A stretch of 64,000 bases of DNA from positions 4,414-68,413 of IMG/VR virus record IMGVR_UViG_3300034068_000734. One strand, given 5' to 3'. The notes under the pieces are model-generated. The model was not told the origin of the DNA, did not search any database, and saw nothing but the letters and a program-made list of their open reading frames with translations. The stretch is from a virus. The position numbers and the translations under genes were made by a program. Shown here in pieces: positions 8,742 to 18,450 of the stretch (position 1 is its first letter; every line of letters starts with the position of its first letter).

Positions 8742-9146
8742 TTACGTGCCGTAGCCGCAGTGCGTGCCCCGCCAGTTCAAGACGCCGCCTTCTTCGATGG
8801 AGTGCATGAACACGAGGTCTTGGATGTGGGCGGGTGCGTGGTTCGCGGCCTTGTACTTGGCGGCGACGTATACGCCTCGGTATTTCGTCCACTTCGCGTT
8901 GCCCTGCCACGTCCCGTCGAGGAACTGGTAGGCACCGGCTGCGGAACTGGTGGCGTTGTGCGCCTTGTAGTCGTGGCGGCTTTCGTGCTTCCTGATGCAG
9001 GTAGCGAGTTCGCGCACCCATTTTGGAGCGTTGCTCCAGGCGTCGTGCCCGGAGTCCTGGTACAGGTTCGGCATTGCTCTCAGTGCCTGCTGCGGGGTCT
9101 CCCTCGGGGTGAGGATGATGAGTGCCGCCGCCATCTGCTCGATCAT
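8742..9146 (-). CDS. Lysozyme-fold lytic transglycosylase (Rpf/SceD-like)
   Basis: CIRKHESRHDY...SSAAGAYQFLDGTW motif. Confidence 0.8.
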   Translation of the reverse strand: MIEQMAAALIILTPRETPQQALRAMPNLYQDSGHDAWSNAPKWVRELATCIRKHESRHDYKAHNATSSAAGAYQFLDGTWQGNAKWTKYRGVYVAAKYKAANHAPAHIQDLVFMHSIEEGGVLNWRGTHCGYGT

Positions 9147-9279
9147 GGGTGTCCTTTCACGAAGTCTGGCTCCCTCTCATCGGGAGCCTTGAATATTCAG
9201 TTGTAATCACCGTGCATCAAAACAACCTATAGCAGTGGTGCAGAATGTGTCAGCAGAACACGGTGATACCCCGGAAATG

Positions 9280-9318
9280 CGAAAGGCCCCGCCGGACCGA
9301 AGTCCGACAGGGCCTTTC
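9280..9318 (-). terminator. Strong hairpin with cUUCGg tetraloop
   Basis: Minus strand reads GAAAGGCCCTGTCGGAC-TTCG-GTCCGGCGGGGCCTTTC. Confidence 0.65.
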
Positions 9319-9655
9319 AACCGCATCATTGATGCGGGCATTTGTTACATCAGCGCCTAACTGATGACTCCCACTCGCCAGCGTCGTTACGGGCCCACCT
9401 GGGCGGTGGCCTCGGCTTACCCCAATACGGGTCGTGCTGGTGACGGCAGCTTTAGGGCAAGCCCTTGGCTATGACATTACGTTCCTATTTTATCGCGCGT
9501 CCGTCTTTGAGTTTCTCCAAATGCCGTCAGCGCCGAGGACGAGCGTGTCTCCTGCCTGCGGATCCACGATGACCACGTCAGCGAGGTCGTCAAGCCGGTG
9601 AACATGCCCACCGGTCGCCCCGGATGCCTGTATGAGTCCACGATTCATGTCCACG

Positions 9656-10720
9656 TCAGGCCACCGTGACCCGGATGTCGCCGATACGAGGCGACGTCCC
9701 ATACGGCATGTTCTTGCTCAACTGGTACCGCTCAGGCACGCCTCCCCATGCAACACCGTTGGCGAACGCCCCGATGATGAGCTGCGTCGCCCACTCGGTC
9801 GGCACCTCCACCCACGCGGACTCGCCACGCGACAGCGTCCCCGCATCGACTTGGCTGTTCGTGGGGAACGGCTCCCCGTCTGGCTTGCCCTGGTAGGTGT
9901 GCAATGCCAGCCGCGACAGGACAGGACCGGGGTCGCCGCCAGCGGAGTACCGGTCGATGAACACCTCGCACTTCGACACAACCGCGCCCCTCAGCATCCC
10001 GAACGGGTTGGGGGAGCCGTAGAAGAAGTACGTCGTCTGCACGCCGTTGTTGTCGTTCCACTCGTACCCGTCGCCATGGAACCAGTCGGATTGGGCGGGA
10101 ATCCAGTACGGATCCGTCGAACCGGGCCTCCCGGCCGCCCAGGTGTAGATCGATATGGGACTGAACGAGTACACCCCGGGGGTGATGGAGTCGGGTGGGA
10201 GAGTGAAGAAGGTGACAGGCGCGCTCCAGCGGGATGTCTCGGCGGCCAGTTTCGACCTGACCGAGTACGAGTAGCGCGCACTGGGCGTCAACCCACTCAC
10301 GGTCAGCGATGTATCCGGGCCGGAGTGGATGACCCGGTAGGAGTCGGTGACGTCGCACACCTCATACACGGACGTACCGGACTGCGCGTTCCACTTGAGC
10401 GTGACGGCGGTATCGCCGATCGATGCCACCTCCAGCCCGATCGGGGAAGGCAGGCTGGACGTGTACGTCATGATCGTCTTGTCGTACGTCGTCGCCCCCA
10501 CGGTCGTCTCGACCCGAAAGTCATACCTGCTGCTTGGTTCCCCGATGAACCCGAACTGTCGTTCGGTGCCCGTGTAGAGGGGTGTCGTCTCACCGACTCG
10601 GTACAGGCTCCACTCGGTGCCGGACCCATTCCATCTCAGGACGAGGTCAGTCCACGAGTCGGTTCCGTAGTAGGCGAGAAGGTACTTGATTGGTGGTGCC
10701 TCAGGTGCGGTGACGCTCAT
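9656..10720 (-). CDS. Fibronectin type III domain protein (minor-tail-like)
   Basis: PIGLEVASIGDTAVTLKW...SLTVSGLTPSARYSYSVRS is an FN3 repeat. Confidence 0.75.
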   Translation of the reverse strand: MSVTAPEAPPIKYLLAYYGTDSWTDLVLRWNGSGTEWSLYRVGETTPLYTGTERQFGFIGEPSSRYDFRVETTVGATTYDKTIMTYTSSLPSPIGLEVASIGDTAVTLKWNAQSGTSVYEVCDVTDSYRVIHSGPDTSLTVSGLTPSARYSYSVRSKLAAETSRWSAPVTFFTLPPDSITPGVYSFSPISIYTWAAGRPGSTDPYWIPAQSDWFHGDGYEWNDNNGVQTTYFFYGSPNPFGMLRGAVVSKCEVFIDRYSAGGDPGPVLSRLALHTYQGKPDGEPFPTNSQVDAGTLSRGESAWVEVPTEWATQLIIGAFANGVAWGGVPERYQLSKNMPYGTSPRIGDIRVTVA

Positions 10721-11190
10721 TTCCCCTCCACGATCTCTACCTGCACGGCCCGCAGGGCGGCGACGTACTCCACGGTGTTCCCGGGGACGACGATGGTGTT
10801 GTTCGTGACAGTCTGGCCGGCCGTGTTCTCCAGCCCGAGCAGTTTGGCCCGCTTGTCGATGATCTTCAGGCACGTGTCCACGGCACGGGTGTCGCCGCCA
10901 ATGGCGTCAGTCCACACGGCCTGCTGCAACTGGTCGAGCCGGTCGAGTTCGAGGGCGAGCAGGGTGCGCCGCTGCCCGATGTCGACGAGGCTCGCCGCGG
11001 TGGCGATCCTGTCGGACACGAGACCTGATGCGACATGCTCGCTTACGCCGAGAGCCTCGGCTATGTCCCACCATGCGACGCCGTCGCGGCGCATCCGGTA
11101 CGCGCGCAGCGACAGGTCATTGAACCGTGCCCGCTCCTCCGCGTCCGCGAGGGCCTGCCTTGTCCTGGACAGGTCTGTTGTCTTGGTCAT
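10717..11190 (-). CDS. HTH protein resembling actinophage terminase small subunit
   Basis: AYRMRRDGVAWWDIAEALGVS...LELDRLDQLQQAVW...AVDTCLKIIDKRAKLLGLE. Confidence 0.6.
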   Translation of the reverse strand: MTKTTDLSRTRQALADAEERARFNDLSLRAYRMRRDGVAWWDIAEALGVSEHVASGLVSDRIATAASLVDIGQRRTLLALELDRLDQLQQAVWTDAIGGDTRAVDTCLKIIDKRAKLLGLENTAGQTVTNNTIVVPGNTVEYVAALRAVQVEIVEGK

Positions 11191-11507
11191 GCGCTCAACC
11201 TTTCCGGCTGCTTGGCGAGCGCAGCCTGCGCTGCTTCCTGCCAGTTCCACTTGTGCTCCGACAGGAGCGCGTGCCGTTCCCGGTTCGTGATGCCAGCCCA
11301 TACCCCGTGCGGCTCCTTCGACTCGAAGGATGCGATGAGGCAGTCGGTGCGCACGGGGCAGGGGCCGCATATCTTGCGCGCCATGCCGATCTCCTTGCGG
11401 GTGATCGGCTCAGTGAGGGTTCCGTAGAAGATCTCGACAGGCATGCCGAGGCAGGCCGCGCTAGCCGTCCACTGGCTCCGTGGCGCTAAGCGCAAGGCAG
11501 GTGGCAT
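11187..11507 (-). CDS. whiB: WhiB family transcription factor
   Basis: WTASAAC...ICGPCPVRTDC...HGVWAG: four Cys plus the GVWxG turn. Confidence 0.92.
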   Translation of the reverse strand: MPPALRLAPRSQWTASAACLGMPVEIFYGTLTEPITRKEIGMARKICGPCPVRTDCLIASFESKEPHGVWAGITNRERHALLSEHKWNWQEAAQAALAKQPERLSA

Positions 11508-11931
11508 CAACGAGGTCTTGGGAGTGGGCTTCCGCACGAAGCTCTGGGTGTTCAGACTGTAGCCAGAGTGCGACTTGCTCCTTGTTCGCATTGCCATACC
11601 CGACGACCATCTTCTTCCATGAGGCGGGAGGCACGAGCTGGACGCTCGCACCGGCCTGCCTGGCTGCGACGCAGAGCGCTCCTGCGACCATCCCGAGCGA
11701 GATGCCTACCCGCACATTACGGCTCGCGCCCTGTATAGGCGACTCAACTACCACCACGTCGGCGTGTGTGCGCGTCACTGCGTTCCATAGCGTTTCGGCC
11801 AGTACGTCAAGCGCCCCGAGGTTATCCCCGGGGCGCAAAATGACTTCCTCGAAATGCATGATCGACGGGCCTGCGATGGCGATCCTCGCTGTGCCGTAGT
11901 CGACGCCGAGGACGATCTCACCGGCCGTCAT
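11461..11931 (-). CDS. ruvC: RuvC-like Holliday junction resolvase
   Basis: VLGVDYG, VVVES, WKKMVVGYGNANKEQV, DLVDA. Confidence 0.88.
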   Translation of the reverse strand: MTAGEIVLGVDYGTARIAIAGPSIMHFEEVILRPGDNLGALDVLAETLWNAVTRTHADVVVVESPIQGASRNVRVGISLGMVAGALCVAARQAGASVQLVPPASWKKMVVGYGNANKEQVALWLQSEHPELRAEAHSQDLVDATCLALSATEPVDG

Positions 11932-12133
11932 CGACGCTCCATTCGCTCGTGACGACGATGATGCAGAACTCGCAGAAGCACCGCCGTGAGCCTCTGGATC
12001 CGATGACGACGGCATCTGCTCTCTCACCGCATGTCGCGCACCTGTCCGACGGGTCGACGAAATGGTCTTCTTGCGTGAAGCCGGTCTTGTTTCTGCGGTG
12101 CCATGGCATCTTCACCTCCGTGAAGCCCTTCAT
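11918..12133 (-). CDS. Small zinc-finger protein
   Basis: CATC and CEFC; ATGA coupling. Confidence 0.5.
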   Translation of the reverse strand: MKGFTEVKMPWHRRNKTGFTQEDHFVDPSDRCATCGERADAVVIGSRGSRRCFCEFCIIVVTSEWSVDDGR

Positions 12134-12990
12134 GACTGCGCCGATGTGGGCATGCCAATCTGATGCACCTCGGGGAACGAGGCCCCGGCACACACTTCGT
12201 GGTAGTTGCACCAGTCGTGCTGCTTGGACCATTCCTTCACTTCAGCCTTGGTGCAGTCATCAATGACATCGCCCCGCATCACCCGCAGGCATCCGGGCAG
12301 GATGTCGGGGATCTTCTGGGAATTGATCAATGCGATCATCTCCTGAATGAAATGACTGAGCGAGGCCATGCGGTTCGTGTCGCGCAGCACCCTGAACTCG
12401 CGAAATGCCCCCGAATCACGGTTGATGTACACGAGTGATGCAGCGTGAGCCCCTGTGGCGTACATATAGGCATCGACCTGCCGCACGTGCTCCAATACCG
12501 GTTCGTCCCATTCGGACACGGGCTTTGTCCCCCGGCGGCCGTAGTACTTGTCGTTGCCGAGGGTCTTCGCCTCGAAGATGGAGCCGTCGGACATGATTCC
12601 GTCCACTGATCCGCGCAGTCCCCACTCCTGGATCTCTATCTGCACCTCGACCCCGGTCAGCCAGCCTGCGCTCAGTCCCTCCGCCTGCCACTTGTAGTGC
12701 AGCCAAGACCCGGCGTCCGCCATCTGCGTGTACACCTCGACGGATGCGCGCTGCGGGAACCCAAGATAGGACAGGACCTGAGCGCGCTGGCAGGGGTTGC
12801 CGATCATCGACGGACGGAACCTTCCGCTCCCATCCGAGCGCCTGTCGGACCCGAAGTCGGTCTTCATCACGTCGGTGACGGTGGCGATCGCCTCCGCAGT
12901 GATCCTTCCCTTCCCCGTGCGCCACGACTCCACCCATGCGGTGACGGGCAGTCCGACTGCCTGCTTTGTTGCGAGTTCTGCGAGGCTCAT
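12130..12990 (-). CDS. PD-(D/E)XK (Cas4/RecB-like) exonuclease
   Basis: RPSMIGNPC, GSVDG, FEAKT, QVDAYM and C-terminal Cys cluster. Confidence 0.85.
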   Translation of the reverse strand: MSLAELATKQAVGLPVTAWVESWRTGKGRITAEAIATVTDVMKTDFGSDRRSDGSGRFRPSMIGNPCQRAQVLSYLGFPQRASVEVYTQMADAGSWLHYKWQAEGLSAGWLTGVEVQIEIQEWGLRGSVDGIMSDGSIFEAKTLGNDKYYGRRGTKPVSEWDEPVLEHVRQVDAYMYATGAHAASLVYINRDSGAFREFRVLRDTNRMASLSHFIQEMIALINSQKIPDILPGCLRVMRGDVIDDCTKAEVKEWSKQHDWCNYHEVCAGASFPEVHQIGMPTSAQS

Positions 12991-13223
12991 TTGGCCATCT
13001 CCAATGCATACTCGGTGGCGAACCCGTGGACGCTGTTCTTGGCGTCCTCTATCTCGGCGTCGATCTTCTGTGATGACAGGAACCCCGCCACGGAATCCAG
13101 TCCCTCAAGCACGCCTGCGTAGAAGAACAGTCCCTCACGGGACTCGTGGTCATTCCCTTCTTCGGCAAGGTTGAGCATGGCCCTCTTTGCTGCGTAGGCG
13201 CGGTTGCCCTTGGTGTTCTTCAT
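12987..13223 (-). CDS. Hypothetical protein
   Basis: ATGA-coupled between dnaE and the nuclease. Confidence 0.55.
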   Translation of the reverse strand: MKNTKGNRAYAAKRAMLNLAEEGNDHESREGLFFYAGVLEGLDSVAGFLSSQKIDAEIEDAKNSVHGFATEYALEMAK

Positions 13224-15850
13224 GCTGGTATCCCTTCTAATGCCCCGGCTTCGCCGAGGGCTGCAATGACGCCGCCGCACGCGGATGGCGTGTGACCTGA
13301 CTTGAGACCTTTCGTGCCTGAAACGGACGCCTTATCGGCCAGTTGTGTGAGCGACTCGTATGGTGCGCTGTCGATGAGTTTGGAGGCGGCCTTCTCGCCG
13401 ACACCCTTCACTGACAGCAGCCCCTTGCGGATCGACTTGTTGCGGATGTCAGCCGAATAGCCCATGAGGGACCGGTTGACGTTCGGGGGCCTGATGCTGA
13501 TCCCCGCCTCGCGGGCAGCAGCGAGATACTTCGCCTCCTGCGGCGCGCCCGTGTACGCGTCGAGCATCGCCGCCCAGAACGCCACCGGATGGTGGACCTT
13601 GTACCAGGCAGTGACATAGGCGAGCGTCCCGTACGCCGTGGCATGTGCCCGGTTGAATCCGTACGAGGAGTACGCGTCCAACGCACGCTCAAGCCACAGC
13701 AAGTCGTCCTGCGACAACGGGATCGGCAACGCTTTGGAGTTCTCCTTGACCTTGCCGATGATGTCCCGCATGACGTCACGGGCACCGCCGATGTCGCCGT
13801 TGGAGGCCTTGATCGCCTTGCGTGCCCGTTCGATGTCCTCGATCGGCAGGCCGAACCTTCTCAGCACGCTGATCGCCTGCTCCTGGTACAGCAGGATCCC
13901 GTACGTCTCGGATGTCTCCTCCGAGATGATCGGATGCCGCTTAGGTACCTCTGCGTCGCCGTTCCTGCGCCGGATGTAGTCCTCGGTGGCTCCCGAGTCC
14001 ATGGTGGCCGGCCTGAACAGCGCCATCGCTGCGATGACATCACCGATCTTCGTCGGCTTGAGCCGCCTGACGCCTGAGCGTGTCGCGCCTCCTTCGAGCT
14101 GGAAGCAGCCGATGACATCGCCTTTGGACATGGCTGCGAACGTCCTCCTGTCCTTCAGGGGAATGTCCTGCCGGTCGATGCCCGTGTAGGTGTGCATCGC
14201 CTTCAGCGCCGTCATCGTCTTCAGCCCGAGGAGGTCCACTTTCAGCATCCCCATCGCCTCCACGTCGTCCTTGTCGAAGGCGGTCACCCACGTCTTGGAC
14301 GAAGCGACCCACTGCATCGGTATCGCGCTCATCGACGCCTCATCAGGGGCGACGACCAGACCTGCGGCATGCACCCCGTACCCGGAGTACGGGGCGTGCC
14401 TTGACAGGCTGGTGAGCGTGTCCCATTCAGCAGGCGGGATTGGCTCGTCGTAGGCGGCCCCAGTCTTGCGGGCGCGTGTCTTCCACCGGACGATGAGCGA
14501 CCCCTTCTGCTCGTCGCTGTCGTCGTTCACGCTCAGTTTCGTCCACGTGGAGATGCGGGCGGTCGTGTACGAGTCGGACAGCCAGGCGATGACCTCGTCT
14601 CGGCGCAGATGCTCGATGTCGATGTCGATGTCTGGCGGCTTCGTACGGTCCCGTGACAGGAACCGGTCGAAGCGCAGGCTCCACGCGATCGGATCGAACT
14701 CGGTGATGCCGATAAGCCAGCACAGCAGTGAACCCGACGCGGACCCGCGAACGGCGTGAATAATGCCCCGTTCCCTCATTCGCTCGGTGATGAGCGCCGT
14801 GAACAGCAGGTATCCGGAGAATCCGGCCTCAATGACGACATCAAGTTCCTCTTCGAGACGGTCCTCGTACTCTTTCCTGCGCTTCGCGCTCACAAACTTC
14901 TTCCCGATCGCGTCGCTCAACGCCCTGGCTGACCGGATGATGAGTTCGTCGTCTGGGTTTCCGGACTTCGACGTGTCGGGGACTTTGAGGGTGAAGTCGT
15001 CCAGTTCGGGGATCGACACCTTTGCCTTCGACAGCAGGTCCGTCAGCCCCTCCATGCCAGCGGCGTACACCTCCGGAGTGTGGTGTCCGGCCATCCACTC
15101 CGAGTCGACCATGTGGTACCCGTCGCCGGGGAATACGGCGTCGTCCACGTCATCCGACCAGGACATGAGGGTCTTGAGCGTCTCGTGGTCCTTGCGGTCC
15201 TCGTAGGCGACGTAGTGGCTGTCCTGAGTGATGATGACGGGCACGCCGCACGACTGGGCGATGGCGTGGAGGAACCCGGAGTTGAGTTCCTCCTCGTTGT
15301 CGGGCACGTTGTGGCGCTGGATCTCCACGTACACCCCGGACCCGAACCATGAGGACAGCGACGTGATGACGTTCCTCACGCTGCGCGGGCTGCCTTCGCG
15401 CAGCAGCGTCGGGATTACCCCGAACCAGCAGCCGGTCATTGCTGCGATGCCGTCGAGCATGCCGTCCTCGGAGAACTGGGCGAAGTCGGCGAAGTCGATG
15501 ACCGGCTTGTACCGGAACGACTCGTTCATGTGGTTGTTGAGGCCGACGAGGTTGCGGTAGCCCTTGGCGTTAGTGGCGAGCAGCCCCATGTGCCATGTCT
15601 TGAGTTGCCTGCCACCCGCTCCCCGGTCGAATGCGACGTATGCCTCCATGCCGGGCATGGGGAGGATGCCGGCCTTGCGGCAGGACTTGTACAACTGGAC
15701 TGACCCTGCCATCGTCCCGTGGTCGGTGAGCCCGAGCGCTGGGTACTGCAACTGCTGGGCCTTCATGACGATGTCCTGCACTGAGGGCAGGGCGTCCTTG
15801 GCCGAGAACCTTGAGTGTGTGTGGGCGCTGTAGAACGGTGCGTGTGCCAT
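13220..15850 (-). CDS. dnaE: DNA polymerase III alpha subunit (phage family C polymerase)
   Basis: PHP motifs HTHSRFS, LTDHG, QDSHY; RGSASGS; PDIDID; KVDLLGL; YGFNRAHA. Confidence 0.96.
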   Translation of the reverse strand: MAHAPFYSAHTHSRFSAKDALPSVQDIVMKAQQLQYPALGLTDHGTMAGSVQLYKSCRKAGILPMPGMEAYVAFDRGAGGRQLKTWHMGLLATNAKGYRNLVGLNNHMNESFRYKPVIDFADFAQFSEDGMLDGIAAMTGCWFGVIPTLLREGSPRSVRNVITSLSSWFGSGVYVEIQRHNVPDNEEELNSGFLHAIAQSCGVPVIITQDSHYVAYEDRKDHETLKTLMSWSDDVDDAVFPGDGYHMVDSEWMAGHHTPEVYAAGMEGLTDLLSKAKVSIPELDDFTLKVPDTSKSGNPDDELIIRSARALSDAIGKKFVSAKRRKEYEDRLEEELDVVIEAGFSGYLLFTALITERMRERGIIHAVRGSASGSLLCWLIGITEFDPIAWSLRFDRFLSRDRTKPPDIDIDIEHLRRDEVIAWLSDSYTTARISTWTKLSVNDDSDEQKGSLIVRWKTRARKTGAAYDEPIPPAEWDTLTSLSRHAPYSGYGVHAAGLVVAPDEASMSAIPMQWVASSKTWVTAFDKDDVEAMGMLKVDLLGLKTMTALKAMHTYTGIDRQDIPLKDRRTFAAMSKGDVIGCFQLEGGATRSGVRRLKPTKIGDVIAAMALFRPATMDSGATEDYIRRRNGDAEVPKRHPIISEETSETYGILLYQEQAISVLRRFGLPIEDIERARKAIKASNGDIGGARDVMRDIIGKVKENSKALPIPLSQDDLLWLERALDAYSSYGFNRAHATAYGTLAYVTAWYKVHHPVAFWAAMLDAYTGAPQEAKYLAAAREAGISIRPPNVNRSLMGYSADIRNKSIRKGLLSVKGVGEKAASKLIDSAPYESLTQLADKASVSGTKGLKSGHTPSACGGVIAALGEAGALEGIPA

Positions 15851-15876
15851 TGGTCTCCTTATGGGTAAAGACGGCT

Positions 15877-15906
15877 GAGGGGGCCGGGCCTAAGCCCGGC
15901 CCCCTC
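15877..15906. terminator. GC-rich intergenic hairpin
   Basis: GAGGGGGCCGGGC-CTAA-GCCCGGCCCCCTC. Confidence 0.6.
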
Positions 15907-15914
15907 GCATTCGG

Positions 15915-16859
15915 CTAGAGGTCCTCTGCCGTGAGGTGCAGCTTCCCGAGCTCGATCAGCTCGTCGTTGCGGATGCGCTGCGGCACGTTCACGCCGACGG
16001 CCACGAGCTTGCGCTTGAGCGCCGTCGGAGCGATCGACGTCCAGTCGATGACGCCGACACCCTGTGCGGTGACGTTCGCCTCGAACTGGTCGACGATCTC
16101 GTCGTCATCGCCGTAGAAGGACGTCGTGCCCTCCTCCTGTGATGCCGAGTCCAGCCCGAAAACGAACTTCTCGGCACTGGCACGCAGGTCGTTGACCCAC
16201 GCGACGGTGTCGATCGGGTCAGGCATGTCGACCGGCGGCTCACCGTTCGCACGAGTAACGATGAGGCGTGCAGTGGCACCCTTGCCTTCGATGACGAGGT
16301 CCCAGACAGCACCGATGGGGGTGAAGTTCGGGTCCGCGTTCTTGTAGATCGCGAACGCCTTCCTCAGGTCCCCGTAGCCCGTCTTGGACATCTTCAGCAG
16401 GATGAGCTGGCCCGGAGCCGGGTTGTACTGCGTGTTCTTCTCCAGGTCACCGCTCTCGTACACGGCGTTGCCGACGACACGATCGCGGGCGGACGCGTAG
16501 TTGCGACCGTCCTCCATGTCCCACTTGGACGGGCGTACCCGCTTGAGGAGGATGTCGGGCTTGCGGGTCTGCATGCGCCGCCCCGTCTCGGGGTCGGTGA
16601 GGAGCTCGAGGTCGTCCACAGGGAACTCCTTCAGACCGTTGGGCATCTCAGCCCCGCCGATGAGGCCGTTGAACGCGTTGACCTCGCGGTAGAAGCACCA
16701 TCCGAAGTCAGCGGACAGCGTTGCGGGGTCGGTGACGAACCGGACGCGGATCTTGCGCCCCGAGGGGATCGACCAGCAGACCTTGCGGCTCCCTGATGAC
16801 TTCATCCATTCGACCTCGCCGTTCATGAGGTCCTCGTCGACGTATCCGTAATTTGCCAT
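15915..16859 (-). CDS. Probable single-stranded DNA-binding protein
   Basis: Lies in the replication module; KIRVRFV start, acidic linker and short C-terminal helical domain. Confidence 0.55.
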   Translation of the reverse strand: MANYGYVDEDLMNGEVEWMKSSGSRKVCWSIPSGRKIRVRFVTDPATLSADFGWCFYREVNAFNGLIGGAEMPNGLKEFPVDDLELLTDPETGRRMQTRKPDILLKRVRPSKWDMEDGRNYASARDRVVGNAVYESGDLEKNTQYNPAPGQLILLKMSKTGYGDLRKAFAIYKNADPNFTPIGAVWDLVIEGKGATARLIVTRANGEPPVDMPDPIDTVAWVNDLRASAEKFVFGLDSASQEEGTTSFYGDDDEIVDQFEANVTAQGVGVIDWTSIAPTALKRKLVAVGVNVPQRIRNDELIELGKLHLTAEDL

Positions 16860-16896
16860 AGTTGTCTTTTCCTTCTTTTCTGTGTGGGTGTGGTGG

Positions 16897-17175
16897 TTAC
16901 TGGCTCTTTTTGGCATTGACCTGCTGCATGACGTACTTCGCGTTCTCCGCGATGGTGAACGCTCCGTCGAGGGTGACCTCGATGACGCGTGCCTGGAGGT
17001 CGGCTGCCGACTCGCCAGGCAGGGCGGTGTCGCCGAACTCGAACTTGGGCCAAGCGGTGCGCCCGTCCACGATGATCGTCATGCCGAGCGATGACGTGGC
17101 GTGGGCGTTCTCACTGACGGGCAGTGGAAGCGCTTCCTCGTCGTACTCCTCGGGCTCATGCGCGATGTCAGTCAT
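16897..17175 (-). CDS. Hypothetical protein
   Basis: Operon-coupled ORF with RBS. Confidence 0.6.
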   Translation of the reverse strand: MTDIAHEPEEYDEEALPLPVSENAHATSSLGMTIIVDGRTAWPKFEFGDTALPGESAADLQARVIEVTLDGAFTIAENAKYVMQQVNAKKSQ

Positions 17176-17590
17176 TGCTGTCGGTCTCCTTCTTCGGTTT
17201 CGCCGTGAACTTCACGTACGGCTTCTTGGGTGCGGTGATCACCGAACTGGCCTCGGCGCGACCGCCTGCGAAGAAGCCAAGGTTCTGGGCTTCCTTCAAA
17301 CGGGTGTTGTCGACGACCTGCTTGGTGATCTGCTCCGCGAGGTCGGGGTTGATCCCGCGGAGAACTTCGAGGTCCACTGAGGTGGACGCCCCGCGTACGA
17401 CGGATACGGTGACGATGGTGTCCCCGTCCTCGTATGCGTAGGACTTGCCGATGGACTTGGCGGCCCACTCGGTCAGGAACTCGATCTCCTGGTCGAGTGA
17501 GTCGCGGTCGCGCTTGAGGCGGGACAGGCGCTTGATGTCGTCAAGGTCCTGATCGCTGATGTCGATCGTTTCGATCTGTTCTGCCTGCAC
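17168..17590 (-). CDS. Hypothetical protein
   Basis: GTG start after AAGGAGGAG; coiled-coil N-terminus. Confidence 0.6.
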   Translation of the reverse strand: MQAEQIETIDISDQDLDDIKRLSRLKRDRDSLDQEIEFLTEWAAKSIGKSYAYEDGDTIVTVSVVRGASTSVDLEVLRGINPDLAEQITKQVVDNTRLKEAQNLGFFAGGRAEASSVITAPKKPYVKFTAKPKKETDSND

Positions 17591-17604
17591 TGCGGTCTCC
17601 TCCT

Positions 17605-18450
17605 TCATGCGAACTTGCGATAGGTGGTGCGTGAGATGGCATCGCCCAGTCCCCGTATCCGCGTTCCTGCGGGTACTTCTCCCGGGTCCTTGCCTCCGAT
17701 ACTGCCCCAGGGGTATGACATACAAGGGGCGATATTGGTCATGGATGCCTCGGCACGTTGCATTGCCGAGCGTCCTGCATCATCGTCATCGAAGGCGGCC
17801 ACGACCAGATACGGTGCGAGATCCTCGACGATGCGAGCCTGTGGGGAGTGGAGCCCAGCTCCGAAGCAGCCCAGGACTGTCCAATGGCCCGGAATGCCGT
17901 CCTGAGCGAGCGCCATGACGTCGGCCGCGCCCTCGACGAGGACGACGACCGGGTTGGGCTTGATATGCCCGTAGAGCGTCCGGGAGGTGCTCACCCCGAA
18001 CGGGTAGCGGTACTTCGGCTGCTCGTCCGACCTGACCACGACCCCCACCGGCCTGCCTGCGGTGTCACGGACCGGGTAGGTCGGCAGGCCGCTGACAGGG
18101 TGGGTGCCGCACCGGTACTCCGATGCGACGTCGTGCCCGAACCGGGACACCCAGTAGGGGCTGGGTTCATGCGCATCGAACAGGTCCAGCCACGACTCGG
18201 TCATGACCCGCTGCGGGCTGGTGCCCCTCATCACATCGAGGAGTTCCTTCGCCTCAGGGATGAGATCAAGGCCGTCGACAGCGCCATGGGCGGAGCAGGC
18301 GTAACACACCCACAGGCCCTTAATCACGTTGACGGACGCCGAGGCGTTGGTGTCGTCGTGGACGTGGCACTTGAAGGGCCGTTCCGTGCCTCTCCCTGTT
18401 GCGAGCGCCTCCGCGAGGGTGTGGGTGCTCACGTATGTTCTGCGATCCAC
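17605..18450 (-). CDS. dnaG: DNA primase (Zn-binding domain + TOPRIM)
   Basis: CHVHDDTNASAS...CYAC; LVEGAADV; FDDDDAG; KDPGE. Confidence 0.9.
   Translation of the reverse strand: MDRRTYVSTHTLAEALATGRGTERPFKCHVHDDTNASASVNVIKGLWVCYACSAHGAVDGLDLIPEAKELLDVMRGTSPQRVMTESWLDLFDAHEPSPYWVSRFGHDVASEYRCGTHPVSGLPTYPVRDTAGRPVGVVVRSDEQPKYRYPFGVSTSRTLYGHIKPNPVVVLVEGAADVMALAQDGIPGHWTVLGCFGAGLHSPQARIVEDLAPYLVVAAFDDDDAGRSAMQRAEASMTNIAPCMSYPWGSIGGKDPGEVPAGTRIRGLGDAISRTTYRKFA

Noticed and set aside
9361-9367. Hammerhead ribozyme core CTGATGA
   Set aside because: No correctly placed stem II and GAAA downstream; the motif is part of a simple hairpin.
12130-12990. Cas4 as part of a CRISPR-Cas system
   Set aside because: No repeat-spacer array or other cas genes; such nucleases are common in phage replication modules.
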